DNA from: Eledone cirrhosa
Taxonomy: Eukaryota
Reading direction: 5' to 3'
Assembly (NCBI GenBank): GCA_964016885.1
Contig: OZ024740.1
Span: 144,150,001-144,214,000, forward strand
Length of the DNA stretch: 64,000 nt
Position numbers and translations under genes: made by a program. The notes under the pieces are model-generated. The model searched no databases, was not told the origin of the DNA, and saw only the letters and a list, made by a program, of their open reading frames with translations. Shown piece after piece: positions 51,750 to 64,000 of this stretch. Numbering within the stretch: position 1 is the stretch's first letter; the number at the start of each line of letters is the position of its first letter.

Positions 51750-53640
51750 TTACGTTACCTATAGCGAATTATTTTGCTTATTAATTCTCGATGAGTAAGT
51801 ATACAATGGGTGTCATAGGAGTTTGTTAGCGTTATTTCTTGAGGCAATGAAGATCAAAAATATTGCCATCATATCTAAAGCATACTTTGATGTGTGAGGA
51901 GCTGACTTCTTTGAAGGCTATAAAGAGCAATACAGCAGCATAGAGCCCAACAGTGTAGGGGCAGGTGTACAGCCTTGCTTCATCCCACTGTTGTTGATAG
52001 GGTTTGACAATTCACCATCTATAATAAGCCTAGCATTCATATTTGAATATAGAGTCCTAATAATACTAACAAATTTTGCAGGACAGCTAAGCTTTCTCAG
52101 GATTTCGATAGACACAGTCAAAAGCCTTGGTGAAGTCTATAAAGGCAATGTGTAAATTACACTGCTGTTCTCTGTATTTCTCCATAATTTGACATAAGGT
52201 GAAGACACCATCTATAGTGCTTTTATTCCTCCTATATCCAGATTGTGACTCAGGGTAAAATTTTTCAGCAAGATAGTGTAGTCTCTGGAGTATGATATCG
52301 GCAAAGAGTTTCCCAACCACACTAAGCAATGATATGCCACGGTAGTTTCCACAGAGACTACGATCACCTTTCTTTAAAAAAATTGAAATGTTAGCATCAA
52401 TAAGATCAGATGGTAAGCTTTCTGAGATCCAGAACCGATTAAAGATAGATAACAGAAATGATCCCAGGCATTGCCACCATGAACTAAAACTTCTGGGACT
52501 ATTCCATCAGGACCTGGACTCTTCCTGTGTTTAGTGTTTTTGAGTGCTGCTTCAAGTTCTTTCATGGTAATAGGGTTGTCAAATTTTTCAATGATTGGTT
52601 GTTGCTCTATTTCATTAACAATTTCCCAATTAGCATCAGTTGGTTGGTTGAGGAGTTCACTAAAGAGCTAAGCCCATCTGTCTTCAATGTTTGAAAAAAG
52701 CTCACCGTTCTTTGACCTCACAGGATGCAGATTTTTTTGGGGACCATATAATGCATTAAGAGTTGCATAAAGTTCTCTATGATTCTTCTCCTGTGCAATT
52801 CTTTCAACGACTTTGGCTTTTTATTGAAACCAATTGTTCTTGATTTTCTAATTTCATCTCTTAATCCTTTTATATCACTGCTCTGTCTCTTAGCTTTCAG
52901 AAGCCTCTATATTTCTTGCTCCTGATCTTCAAACCAATCTTTACTTCTGTTTTTCTTATGAAAAAATTGTTTGGCAGCAATTTGAAAGTGAGATAGTTGT
53001 TCTTCAGTTGAATGCAAGCAGTCACGAGTCTGTCAGAAATAGGAACTGGATTGATGTGACCAATTTTATTAAAGACAGCAAATCCAATGCCAGCTTTTTT
53101 GTCATCATTTCCGCTCCAAAAGATAGTATGGCTCCTCTCTTTGATGTTACCGGAGCCTGGAAGCCATACCTCACTCAAGGCGCAAATGTCAATACCTGCC
53201 TTTTCTATCTTACTGCAGATAATAGCTGTAGCCCTTTCAGGTCTGACAGAATTTGTATCATCGTTAGTAGTCCGAACATCCCAGGTAGAACTATATGGGC
53301 TTTTAGCACTTTCCACTACTACCATATAATGAGGCACATCGGTTTCCTTGTACACAGTAGAATTAGGGGAAGATTCAGTGTTACCCATCTCATAAAAAGT
53401 AGGCTGCACTGAAATGTGACAATGCTGCCCAGTGCACTGCAGCATCCCTTGGAAACTGGCAGCACAGCAAAGCTGAGACAGCCGCAGGAGCAGCCTGTTG
53501 CCCATAAGCTGGAGTAGAGATTGGTATAAAGCCAGGGCATATTCACACGGTGATGGGCCATGCGCCAAATAACTTCTGTGGGGTCTCTACTCCTCCTTAA
53601 TTGTATAACCCTCACGGGCAATTCATTCCAAAGGAGACCA
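51750..53640 (-). mobile_element. Old degenerate RTE (BovB-like) LINE
   Basis: STWDVRT..RPERATAII..IDICALSEV (APE); KSPGPDGI; PESQSGYR..FIDFTKAFD; GMKQGCTPAP. Many frameshifts. Confidence 0.85.
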
Positions 53641-53744
53641 AGTATGGTCCAAATACATACCTAGACGCCAAACCAGGTACTTCTACATCTGTACAGTGTA
53701 CATATATATGCATGCAAACAGACACCTGAGGACATACATATATA

Positions 53745-53822
53745 CAGGGTGTTCCCAAAAATATATACACATATTTATTAGAATGCTGTTGAAGTGTGTA
53801 TACATTTTTGGGGGGCACCCTG
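53745..53822. mobile_element. Tiny Tc1/mariner-type MITE
   Basis: ta|CAGGGTGTTCCCAAAAATATATACAC ... GTGTATACATTTTTGGGGGGCACCCTG inverted termini. Confidence 0.65.
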
Positions 53823-53999
53823 CATATAGATGAATAAAAAAAGAAAGAAAACACTCAAAAGTTGAAAGATAAAATATAAAGAGATGATCATTAGATGGAA
53901 AATTTGTAGGTTAAAAAAAAGGATAAAAGATAAGAATGAAAATGAAAAATTTTAAATGCATATATAAAAGATACAAGACACACACATACATGTATACAC

Positions 54000-54180
54000 T
54001 ATTTGGATGGCCATTGACTGCTGAGTTCCTCTGCTCGTTGCTGAGTTTTGTATCTCGTCCTGCAAGGTGTCACCTTCCTCACCAAGTAATCTTGGTAGGG
54101 TTGCCAGTTTAGTCGCCAACGACCCGACAAATTGTGCTGGGTAACATGTTATCAGCAGCACTCGAGAGTGACCTGACATA
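54000..54180 (-). mobile_element. GC-richer RTE 5'UTR-like / SINE fragment
   Basis: Minus strand contains ggcgactaaactggcaaccc..taccaag..cttggtgaggaagg, a structured segment between microsatellites. Confidence 0.45.
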
Positions 54181-54375
54181 ATTATATATATATAATGTAT
54201 GTGTGTATGTGTGTATATATACACACACACATACATACACTACATACTTTTGTATGAGCTGCATTTCCATTTTATATGTAACATTTACAATGTATCATAC
54301 TTTGAATGGAGGTTTTGTAAGTCCAGTAGATAAGTTGCATGCTGTTTTCCATGTCATATTTTCAAGGAAAATACA

Positions 54376-54725
54376 TTATATATATATATATACATATACA
54401 CATACACATAGACACATATATATACACACACACATATATATATATACACACACATACATATATATACACACACATACATATATATATACACACATATATA
54501 TACACATATACACGTATATATATACACACATATATATATACACACATATATATATACACACACATATATATATACACACATATATATATACACACATATA
54601 TATATACACACACATATATATATACACACACACATATATATATATACACACACATATATATATACACACACATATATATATACACACACATATATATATA
54701 CACACACATATATATATACACACAC

Positions 54726-54756
<31 letters not shown>

Positions 54757-54977
54757 TATATATATACACATATATATATATATATACACACATATATATA
54801 TATATACACACATATATATATACACACATACATATATACACACATATATACATATATATATACACACATATATACATATATATACACATACATACATATA
54901 TATATACACATATACATACATATATATATACACATATATATATATATATACATACATATATATACACATATATACAT

Positions 54978-55045
<68 letters not shown>
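54376..55045. repeat. Compound (CA)m(TA)n microsatellite
   Basis: Direct inspection. Confidence 0.97.
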
Positions 55046-55049
<4 letters not shown>

Positions 55050-58000
55050 GGTGTTGTGCTAAATCATAGAAAAAACATTTGAAATCATTTGAGAGATCCA
55101 AAGTGCAAAAACTATTCTATTTTTGAAGGACAGCAGTAATCAGTGAATGTTAAAAATGCAATAAAAGAATGTTATTAACAGAAATTAAAAAGCTAAGATA
55201 TAAATGGTAAGTAAAACCCAACATCACTGTTAGTATTTTCCAAGTGTTCAGCTAGAGAAGCTAAGACAACAACAATAATTATTAGTGTATTTTAAAAATT
55301 GTTTAAGTGCAGCTAATGATAAACTAATCATTAAAGATAAATTTTGTATTCTGAACCACTACAGTATCACTCTAGAGAAGAGAACCTTGTTTTAAGGGCA
55401 CAGCTAAAACATGTTTAGATGTCTAAAACTATCTGTCTGATTGATGTAACACTAGATTAAAAATATATAAAACTTTTTTGGTTTGTACTTCAATGTGTGT
55501 GTATGTGTAATCAAATTACTTTTTTATTTTAATTAAAAATGATTATGTCCATAGAGGAAAATCATGATTCTCTATAAAGTGAATGTATATCAATTTTCAT
55601 TTTAAAAATGTCCTTGATTTTTCATCAGTAAAATGGGACATGAATACAACATTAAGATGACATTTTCAATAATGCTGCTTCCTTCAAAGTAAAAAAAAAA
55701 AAAAATTTAAATAGCAAGTAATTAATAATGGGGAAGGGACTCCTCCCCCAGATTTAAAAAAAAACAAAAAAAAAAACAACAAATTAGAAGGTAAAAATTA
55801 CTTGCGTTAAGTAAATTATTAATAAACTTAAGATCTTCAATCTTCTGTTACTTATAAGATAAGCAACAAATATTTGAATGACTCCGAAACTGAAAATCTC
55901 CAAATAATGGCTCAAATTTAGTGGTATAATAGACATTTTTGTGTGGTAGAGCTAAGAGAAATTTGCTGTGAATTGAGAAATCAATATTTGTATTATCACA
56001 TTACTATAATAATATTGATTTCTTTAATCGTTATTTTTTTTACATGATGAAAACAAAGGCATACAAGCAAGATGCTAGAATGGTTTGTTGATAAGTTGTA
56101 TGTTTATATCATGTGTATACAGAGGAAAAGACTGTTTACTGTCATTGACTATATCCTTTCTAGCATCAATGCTGACTATAGTTTTAAATTACAAAAAAAA
56201 AGAAAAAAAGAAAAACAAAAACAAACCAAGTGGGAGAGTTGACAAAGGTCAGGGTTAATAAATACTGCACGGCTTTTCTCAGCCAGCAGATTAATTTGAT
56301 TAAAAGTTAGACAAAAGCAAGCAAAGCAATAGTAACTTAAAATGAAGTTTATTGGTAAAAGAAATAATTTATACAACTAATAATAAAACAATACAATTTT
56401 GTCGAATCACGAATCACCACGAGTAAATAAGTAGAGTAAGTGGTGGTCGTAGTTACGGTCATGAGAGAGAGAGCAAGGGAGGGGGTTTGGGTGTGAATCG
56501 GAGGCACAGAACAGGAGGCACTGGTTGTCCCATTGTTCTTGCTAGATTTTTAAAATTACTAACAGTAAGTAATCAGCAGCCAAATTGCGAGGATAGAAAG
56601 AAAACTATAACAAAGTATTTGCGGTTTAACAAAAAAAAAAAAAAAGATATCTTCACAAAAATAAAGATAATACATATATGTAGAGAGCGGGGTTTCTGAG
56701 GAAAATTTTATATTAATATTATTGTTATTTGTGAGTGTGTGTATGAGTATATGTGCATGCACGCATACATATATGTGCCACTCAGTGATGATTAATATGA
56801 TGATGATGATTATGTGAATATTTCTAGTTATGTATTATATAAAATGGTTTTGAATTCATCTAGAATTAATTTTGGAATGTTAATGGTACCAACTTCACTG
56901 TCTTCAAAGATTGTGTGCAAATAAAAACAGATAACAAAGAATATAAGCTTTTTTGGGGGGGTTCTGAGGTTGAAAATGCCATGAAAAAAAAAAGAAAAAT
57001 GCTTTTTTAAATAAAAAAATATATAATTGACTATCTTGAAAAATTCTAAGCAGTTTAGTATTTTACAGTTTAAGACATAAAAGGAATGTCAGACAGGTTC
57101 CATTTTCAGTAGCTAACTATAAAATCTCAAGAAAAATACTTCTTCAATAAAATATAAATTCAATAAATTAAATGTAGCTAAACTGATTACTAGATTCTGG
57201 TAACTCTTGTAAAAAATATCCAAAAATGGATTTGTTAATTCAAATGTTTAAAGTAGCTTTACTAGTGGCTGGATTGTTGTGAGCATTGTAAACAAAAATA
57301 AAGGTTTGAATTTTCAATGATGCAGCCACAGTGCTGTTTTGTACTTTTGAAGAATGTCTAACTAATGTAGTTTCATGAGGTTTGTTAATTCAAATGTTTG
57401 CAGGAAACTAAACTAAAGGTTTGAATTTTTAATGTAATGCAGTCATAGTGCTGTTTTGTACTTTTCAAGAATATGTCACTAATATGGTTTCATGCAGCAC
57501 AAGACTTTAAGAGTTAAAAGCTAAGATAGTAAATTCAATGTACTAAAACTAATTTAAAAAAAAAAAGTGGGAGACTAACAACAGGAATACACATGGAAAG
57601 TGGCAGCAGTGAATAAGATATTAACAATTCATGCCAATAAAAACTGGGGATGAATCAAAAGTACAAATAAGAGAGAAAAAAGGCATTTGTAAAGATATAT
57701 TCCCACCCTCTCTCTCTCTCATTTTATATAGCTTTCATTTTGAAAACTCAAAATGTCCACTAATCAGACAGGAGACATAGTTTCTCTTCAGATATTAAAG
57801 AACATATATTAATTATATCAATAGTATAAAAAAAAATATGGATGGCTATTACCTGAGAAATAATTGTAGTTAATAATATGAAAAATTCAGCTTCATATGC
57901 AAATATAGATGTTTGTAAGAATGCTTAAAATTATTAGTTATTCTATGAAAACAAAATAGATGCAAGAACCTTCAAAACACTATTTCCTAACAGAAATGTA

Positions 58001-58254
58001 TGATGTCATGTAAAAGGGGAAAAAATAGAAAAAAAAGAAACCTTCTCCAGAATATTGTTTATTAAAATTAAATTAATATTTTGAAGCTGTGGAGTAGGTC
58101 TGACACATGAACAGGCAAGTTTGGCTTCTGATATTTCCCTTCTATTCTAAGAGACTTAAAATCAAATATTACTCTCTCTCTCTCTCATTTGTTTTTATTG
58201 TTGGACCTTTTTTTTTGGTTTGAACAAGTGTTGCAGTTGTTTTGACCAATGAGC

Positions 58255-58520
58255 CTCCCCATAAAAATGACGTGCAAGTAGCTGAGCATTCAACAGACAT
58301 GTGCACCCTTCACAGAGTTCTGTGAGATTCAGCACGACACAATGTGTGAGACGGCTGACCCTTAGAATAATACATACAACTCATTTCTTCCAGCTGTGTA
58401 GACTGGAGCAATGTAAAATAAAGTGTTTTGCTTAATTAAGGACACAATGTGCTGCCGGAAATCGAACTCATGACCTTAAAATTGTGAATAGAATATTCTA
58501 AGCACTAAGCCATGTACCTT
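58255..58520 (-). mobile_element. Decayed tRNA/CORE-like SINE
   Basis: ctggagcaatgtaaaataaagtg..gaactca..cactaagccatg resembles the reverse complement of the 1096 SINE head. Confidence 0.6.
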
Positions 58521-61140
58521 CATTCTCCCACACACATACACATGCACAAAATTGGTAGGTTTAGGTATGAATGCTTGTAGATGGTTCAGTGAAAGAAAGA
58601 GAGAGGGAAAGAGTTTGTGTGTCTGTGTGAATTAACATTTTGTTTCCTTATTGTTATGACAGTTGAGAAGACAACTGTAAAAACATTCAGGTAAAAAGAA
58701 AAAAAAATTAATTTGTCAGGTGAAAACAACATGCTATTTTTATTTTGACAGCCAGTATAGAAACTTGCCCATTAAGATCAACAAATGAAGTTTAACAACA
58801 AATTTCTAGTGACTTGTGCAACCCATCAACAACCAAAGGGTTAATGTAGTTCTAAAATTAAAGTGACTAACTTTGTTACAGTCAATGCTATCAAACCATT
58901 TGATTCTCCTTATGACAACTATTAACTTTCGATTTATATAAAGCACAGAATCTGTGCAAGGAGAAATACCAAAGTGACTAACATGAACAGCAAATGTCTA
59001 TGATAATTTATAATTGAGCATTAGTAAGATTTACTCTTAAAACTAACACACATTAAATTCTATAAAAAAAAAAAAAATTCAATTATTACAAGGGGCCATC
59101 TAGTCATAGTTTTCTTTTCTTTGTAGCGTAAAAAATAGTTATTGCAGCCTGAATTTTTGTTGTTGCTATACAACACTGAACATTCGAAGCCCAGAGTTAA
59201 AACAGTAATCCTTTTTCTCATGTTTTATCTGTAAACATGAGGTCTTATTTCACAACGTGTTAAATCAATCCCCTCCCCCAATTTTGTTATATAATTAGGC
59301 ATAATAAACTTTTAAATTTAAGAAGTATCTTTTGTTTGTTCATTGCCTATATACAATTGTTTTTCTTTCTTTTTTGGGGGTTCTCAAATAAAACGATTGT
59401 CCTCTATGCTGTATGATAAAACCAGCTATTAGAGGAAGATTTTTAGTGGAGCAATTGGTATATGCTACTGGACACAACTGGGATAACAATAGGAATATCA
59501 CAAGTTTATAAATCAAATTCCTAATTCAGTTTACTACTTTCCAAACTGTTTTGTAATATGTGTGTACATGAGGGATGAGCATGAAAGAAACATCCAGTCT
59601 CATAAAATTTGTTTTTCTTTCATCAATGACAGTCAACGCCTAAAGAGCTAGATTTGAATTCTCCTCACAACGCACCAATATACCTAACTTTATATAATTT
59701 TTCTGAATTGATTCTTTCCGATGCAGGCCACTACTAGTGATTATTTTTCATATAGTTGATAAACCTTAAACAAAGTCTAACAGCAAATTGAAAAGCCTGT
59801 AGTCAACAATATCGGGCTGCATTAAAAATAATACAAATCCCAGGTATGAAATATAACTTTTAAGTTCAGAACTTTTTAATAATGTTTCCAATTTCAATAA
59901 TTAGGATAAACAAGATTAACTGATGTGTGTTTAATTAAATAAATAAATAAAAATTCTAAGTAGTTCCAATTATAGATATTTTATAATTATTCTAGCACAA
60001 ATTAAAAATTTACAAAATATCTATTACTTCAAAAGAAATATAAAAGTAAAACCTATAAAAATATAAATAGTTAATTCATTCTACAATTAAATGATAAAAC
60101 ATTTAAAAACTTAAAGAATCAAAGACGACCCTAAAATAAAAATACTTATCTGAGTAACTGATTAATAGAGCTTTCATATGAACTGGTGTTAACAGTGTCT
60201 CATATGAAGCATGGTACCAAACAGAAAGTCAAAGAAAGGAAAACGTTATCAATGAACTTAGAATTCACAAAAGAAAAGTTTCTTTAACTCATTCCTTCTT
60301 TTGAAATAAAAGACATTTTAAATGGAAGCTCAGGGGAACCAAAATTGTAATGTTGATAGTAATAGCAGCAACAGCAAGATATCACTAAAAACATTAGCTA
60401 AATTTCCACAGTAGATTTGTTCCAGTGGTGTATAATCATCAGAAGCAATTGAAGAGAAAATGCATTGCATTAGCTAATAGTTTCAGTACAGAGAGCCACT
60501 GGTGTTTGAAAAATACTCCTGCCCTCATAAAACATTGGTTAAAGAGTTTATAGAAAAAGGGCTGCACTGAATCACTCAGCCAACAGAACTTCCAAACTGA
60601 TTAACGGCTGATAAAAAATAGAAATGGAATGATAAATAAGAAAAATCCACGAAGAAAATGTCACAATAAAAATGCATTTATATAGCCTCATGAAAATTGA
60701 GGCAATTTTTTTTTACATTCAGAAGTATCTGCCACATTTCAAATATGGCAATTATAAAGTCTAAAATTATACAATCTGAATATATTATTCGAAGAACTGA
60801 AAATAAATGCAAAATATTAACATAATATCCATTTATAAAAAGTAGCTAAGACAATTACTACGATCACAATAATTTACTTTAATATAGCTCAAAATGCAAG
60901 GAACTAAAGAGCAGAGCATGATTACGAGAAAATAGTTAAAGGTATTTATGTATCAATCATTTACAAAATAGTTTGAGTACAATTCAATTCTTAATCTGTA
61001 TTTATCACTAAATATATATATATACATATATATTATTTTGCACAGATTAAGTGTGACAAAAATGTTTCTCTTAAAAATTAGTTTTTAAAAATACTAAATA
61101 AAAATCTTGCTCAATTGCAGAGTACTGCGAGAGAGAGAGG

Positions 61141-61197
<57 letters not shown>

Positions 61198-62536
61198 AAC
61201 AGCACAGCAGCACTTACATTTGAAATTGAATCATGATCACCAAAACTGTGTTTGATGAATGGGGGTATATAGTATTTTATTTTACATTATAGCAGAAGGA
61301 AATATTTGGCACAACTTTCCAAGATAGCAGCAGAATGTAAAATAATCCTGCTGAATAGAAATAAAAATTATAAGATCGTATATGAAAGGGCCAGAGTACT
61401 ATGAGAACCGAAGGCACTGATGAATGTACATATTTGAAAGGAAAAGAAATACTAAATATATTTTTAGGCTTAATAATTTTATTAGAGCCTAGACTTCAAA
61501 CAGCAAGAGACAACAATGGCTTGGCCTCCAGTTCTTCCACTTATTATGATATAATCTAAATGATAAAACTACCCAGATGTGAATTTAATAAATTTGTCCA
61601 GACTACGGTACATGTGACAAGTCTTAAGAGGGAGCAAGTAAGCTGGCCAATAAAAATGCTATAAATGAAAAGAATTATATATATATATATTTACTTACAT
61701 AATAAACAACACAATATAATTATTCCATTACCAAAGGTTTCAGGAAACTAGATGATCCTTACAGAAACGTCCAGCTCATTCATAGAGCACTCTTCTTTCC
61801 TTTACCTTTTCTACGGAAATACTTAACACAACATTATATATATATATAATTCTAAACGTATTTCGCAATTTCCATCCAATAGACATCAAATGTTAATCAT
61901 GAGATTCTCAATAGCACATGTTAGGAATAGCACTGCTGAGAATAGTACTAAATATTTTCTAAATAGATTGTTAGATATTTTCCAGTATCCATAAGTTAAT
62001 TCAGTTTTTATCACTGGTACAACTAGTTTTAAAAACAAATACCATTCAGTTTAAAAGTTCAAATATTATCTTCAATTAAAATTCTTTCTGCTTTAACATC
62101 TACTCAACAATTCTTACAAAAAAAAATGTAATCTTGTCTCACACACATGTAAATGCTAGTGTGCACACACATACTTAATATCATGGATAAAATTGTTAAT
62201 GAACTGGAATATGTATGTACTCTAAAAGTAAATAATAAATTATTTAATTTGTTTACCAATCCATAGTTTAGGAGTAAGTTACTAAGCCAGAATCAAGAGC
62301 AAAGCACCCTCACCAAAAAGCAAAACAAAGGGAACAACAGAAAAAGGAAGCAAGGTATGAATGAAAAGTATAAGTTAAAAAAAAATCATTATCGAAGTTG
62401 GCTGAGAATTCCATTGCATCTTCACTACATGTCTCTAGTGGCTTACCACACCAATCAAGTGGCTAATGAAGTGCATTCCCCTTTCCTTGCCCCCTTAGCA
62501 TAGCACCCTCCATCAGAAGACAAGCTAACACCTGGG

Positions 62537-62818
62537 TCATACAAGGTCATAATCTAAGTGCTCTGAACGATAGATGGCAGCACGGTAACTGTACCTATCA
62601 GACAGACTGCGCTGCACTGGTTTCATGTTCTTGTTGCTGCTGCTTGCTCCACTGACAACCGACATTGTTACATTTGAAGAGCTACAACGATCTCCACAAT
62701 CATCTGCAGTCTCATCATCTTCTCCAATAATTGTTTCAACTAATGAGGATTCAACTTCTGTTTTGTAAGAACTCAATTTTGACTGTAAAAGGTATTTGTA
62801 GGTTTGGAATCGTTTTAA
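62537..62818 (-). CDS. Probable last coding exon of an unidentified minus-strand gene extending beyond the window
   Basis: Acceptor ttttgctttacag| at 62819 opens in frame: LKRFQTYKYLLQSKLSSYKTEVESSLVETIIGEDDE...QRSLSDRYSYRAAIYRSEHLDYDLV*. Non-repetitive, protein-like composition. An alternative acceptor near 62783 is possible. Confidence 0.6.
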   Translation of the reverse strand, partial: LKRFQTYKYLLQSKLSSYKTEVESSLVETIIGEDDETADDCGDRCSSSNVTMSVVSGASSSNKNMKPVQRSLSDRYSYRAAIYRSEHLDYDLV

Positions 62819-64000
62819 CTGTAAAGCAAAAATAAGTAAAACAAAAAGATTAGAAATATTTGAAAATATAAAAATATATTGTGTATTAATCCTAAAAGCT
62901 ACACATTGGAATTTAGAGGATTCAAATCAACAAATTTATCATTGCAACAAGCAAACAAAGCATATAAAAATTCCTTTGAGAATAAATGAATTTGTGAAGT
63001 TAAAAAATAAACATACAAAATACCTACTATGAGAAATCACCAATAGCAGAAACATAACATTATTTATTTAAAAGGACATAAATTTTCAAGTATTTTTGTG
63101 AACTCAGTGTTTGTGGTTTGAAATCTTAATTTTTACAAGTTTCTTTTATTGGGCTCAGTCATTGGAATGTAGCCATGTTGGCTACAGTGTAGAGTCGATC
63201 ACATCAACCCCAACAACTTGTTCTATCAACCTCGGTAGAGTTAAAAGCAAAGTTGACTGGCATGGGATTTGAACTTCATGTTAATGAATCTAACCAAATA
63301 TTATAAAGTGTTTTGTTCAATGTTCTAGTGATTTTGTTATCTACCAACCATTACTTTCTTTACAAGTGATAGCTGACCATATCGAATATATAAAAAAGTT
63401 GGATTACTTTGAATAAATCCTGAATGAATATTATATAATTTAGCTTCTAAATTGTGTAACTCTTGATTAAACACAAATATTCTAATATATAATGTATTGC
63501 TTATTACAAGATTCAAATAGCCGTATGCTATATCACATTGCTTATATAAACATTCACATATTTGCATCATAACGTTTATATTTCTGTCACTAATTTTCTT
63601 TTTCGTTTTCATAACATTTCACCATAATGCAGTTTATATATAATATCGTCTTTTTTAAATGTATCATGGATTACTTTACTGATTACAGAAGAGAGTGTAA
63701 CACAGTCTCTCTTCAATTTCTGTGCATATTTTCAATTACGATTTTATTTGACGTATCATTTCTACATGCATGTATATTTGCATATAATATCAATATGCAC
63801 ACTACACATGCTAGTAAAGTTAATCTAGAGACTTTACAGTACTTAGTTTGAAAGAATTCAAATCCTATCTGAATCAATTTTGCTTTCCATCCCTCATGTA
63901 GTTGATAAAAGTTCCATTCAATCAATTATAAACATTTCCTTTACAAACGTGATCGAGTGAAAGGTTAAAATCATTTTTTTTTAATGTGAGGATTCATTTT

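Overview
AT-rich, microsatellite-laden animal genomic DNA. The repeat families look like octopus/coleoid cephalopod (inference). Host genes: (1) the first coding exon of ZSWIM8 on the minus strand (27152-27344), whose first intron appears to run off the left edge (>27 kb); (2) a complete RPS14 gene on the plus strand, head-to-head with ZSWIM8, with a TCT/5'TOP non-coding exon and four coding exons giving 151 aa; (3) the last coding exon of an unidentified minus-strand gene (62537-62818). The ZSWIM8 intron is packed with RTE-clade LINEs. One has an intact ~1030-aa ORF in the host-sense direction. Several others carry a C4HC3 PHD finger inserted inside the reverse transcriptase, and one of these is broken only by a single TGG>TAG codon. 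The intron also holds tRNA-head SINEs built from RTE 5'UTR and 3' tail pieces, and at least four minimal type-I hammerhead ribozymes of the Penelope-like-element kind. RPS14 intron 2 has two identical C/D snoRNAs of the U55/SNORD55(39) type, created by a 1.1-kb duplication, plus a decayed third copy. RPS14 intron 4 has nested, oppositely oriented piggyBac elements. Most long ORFs in the track made of Y/I/H/T/C/V/M are microsatellite artefacts. All identifications come from reading the sequence and recalling family motifs; no searches were run.
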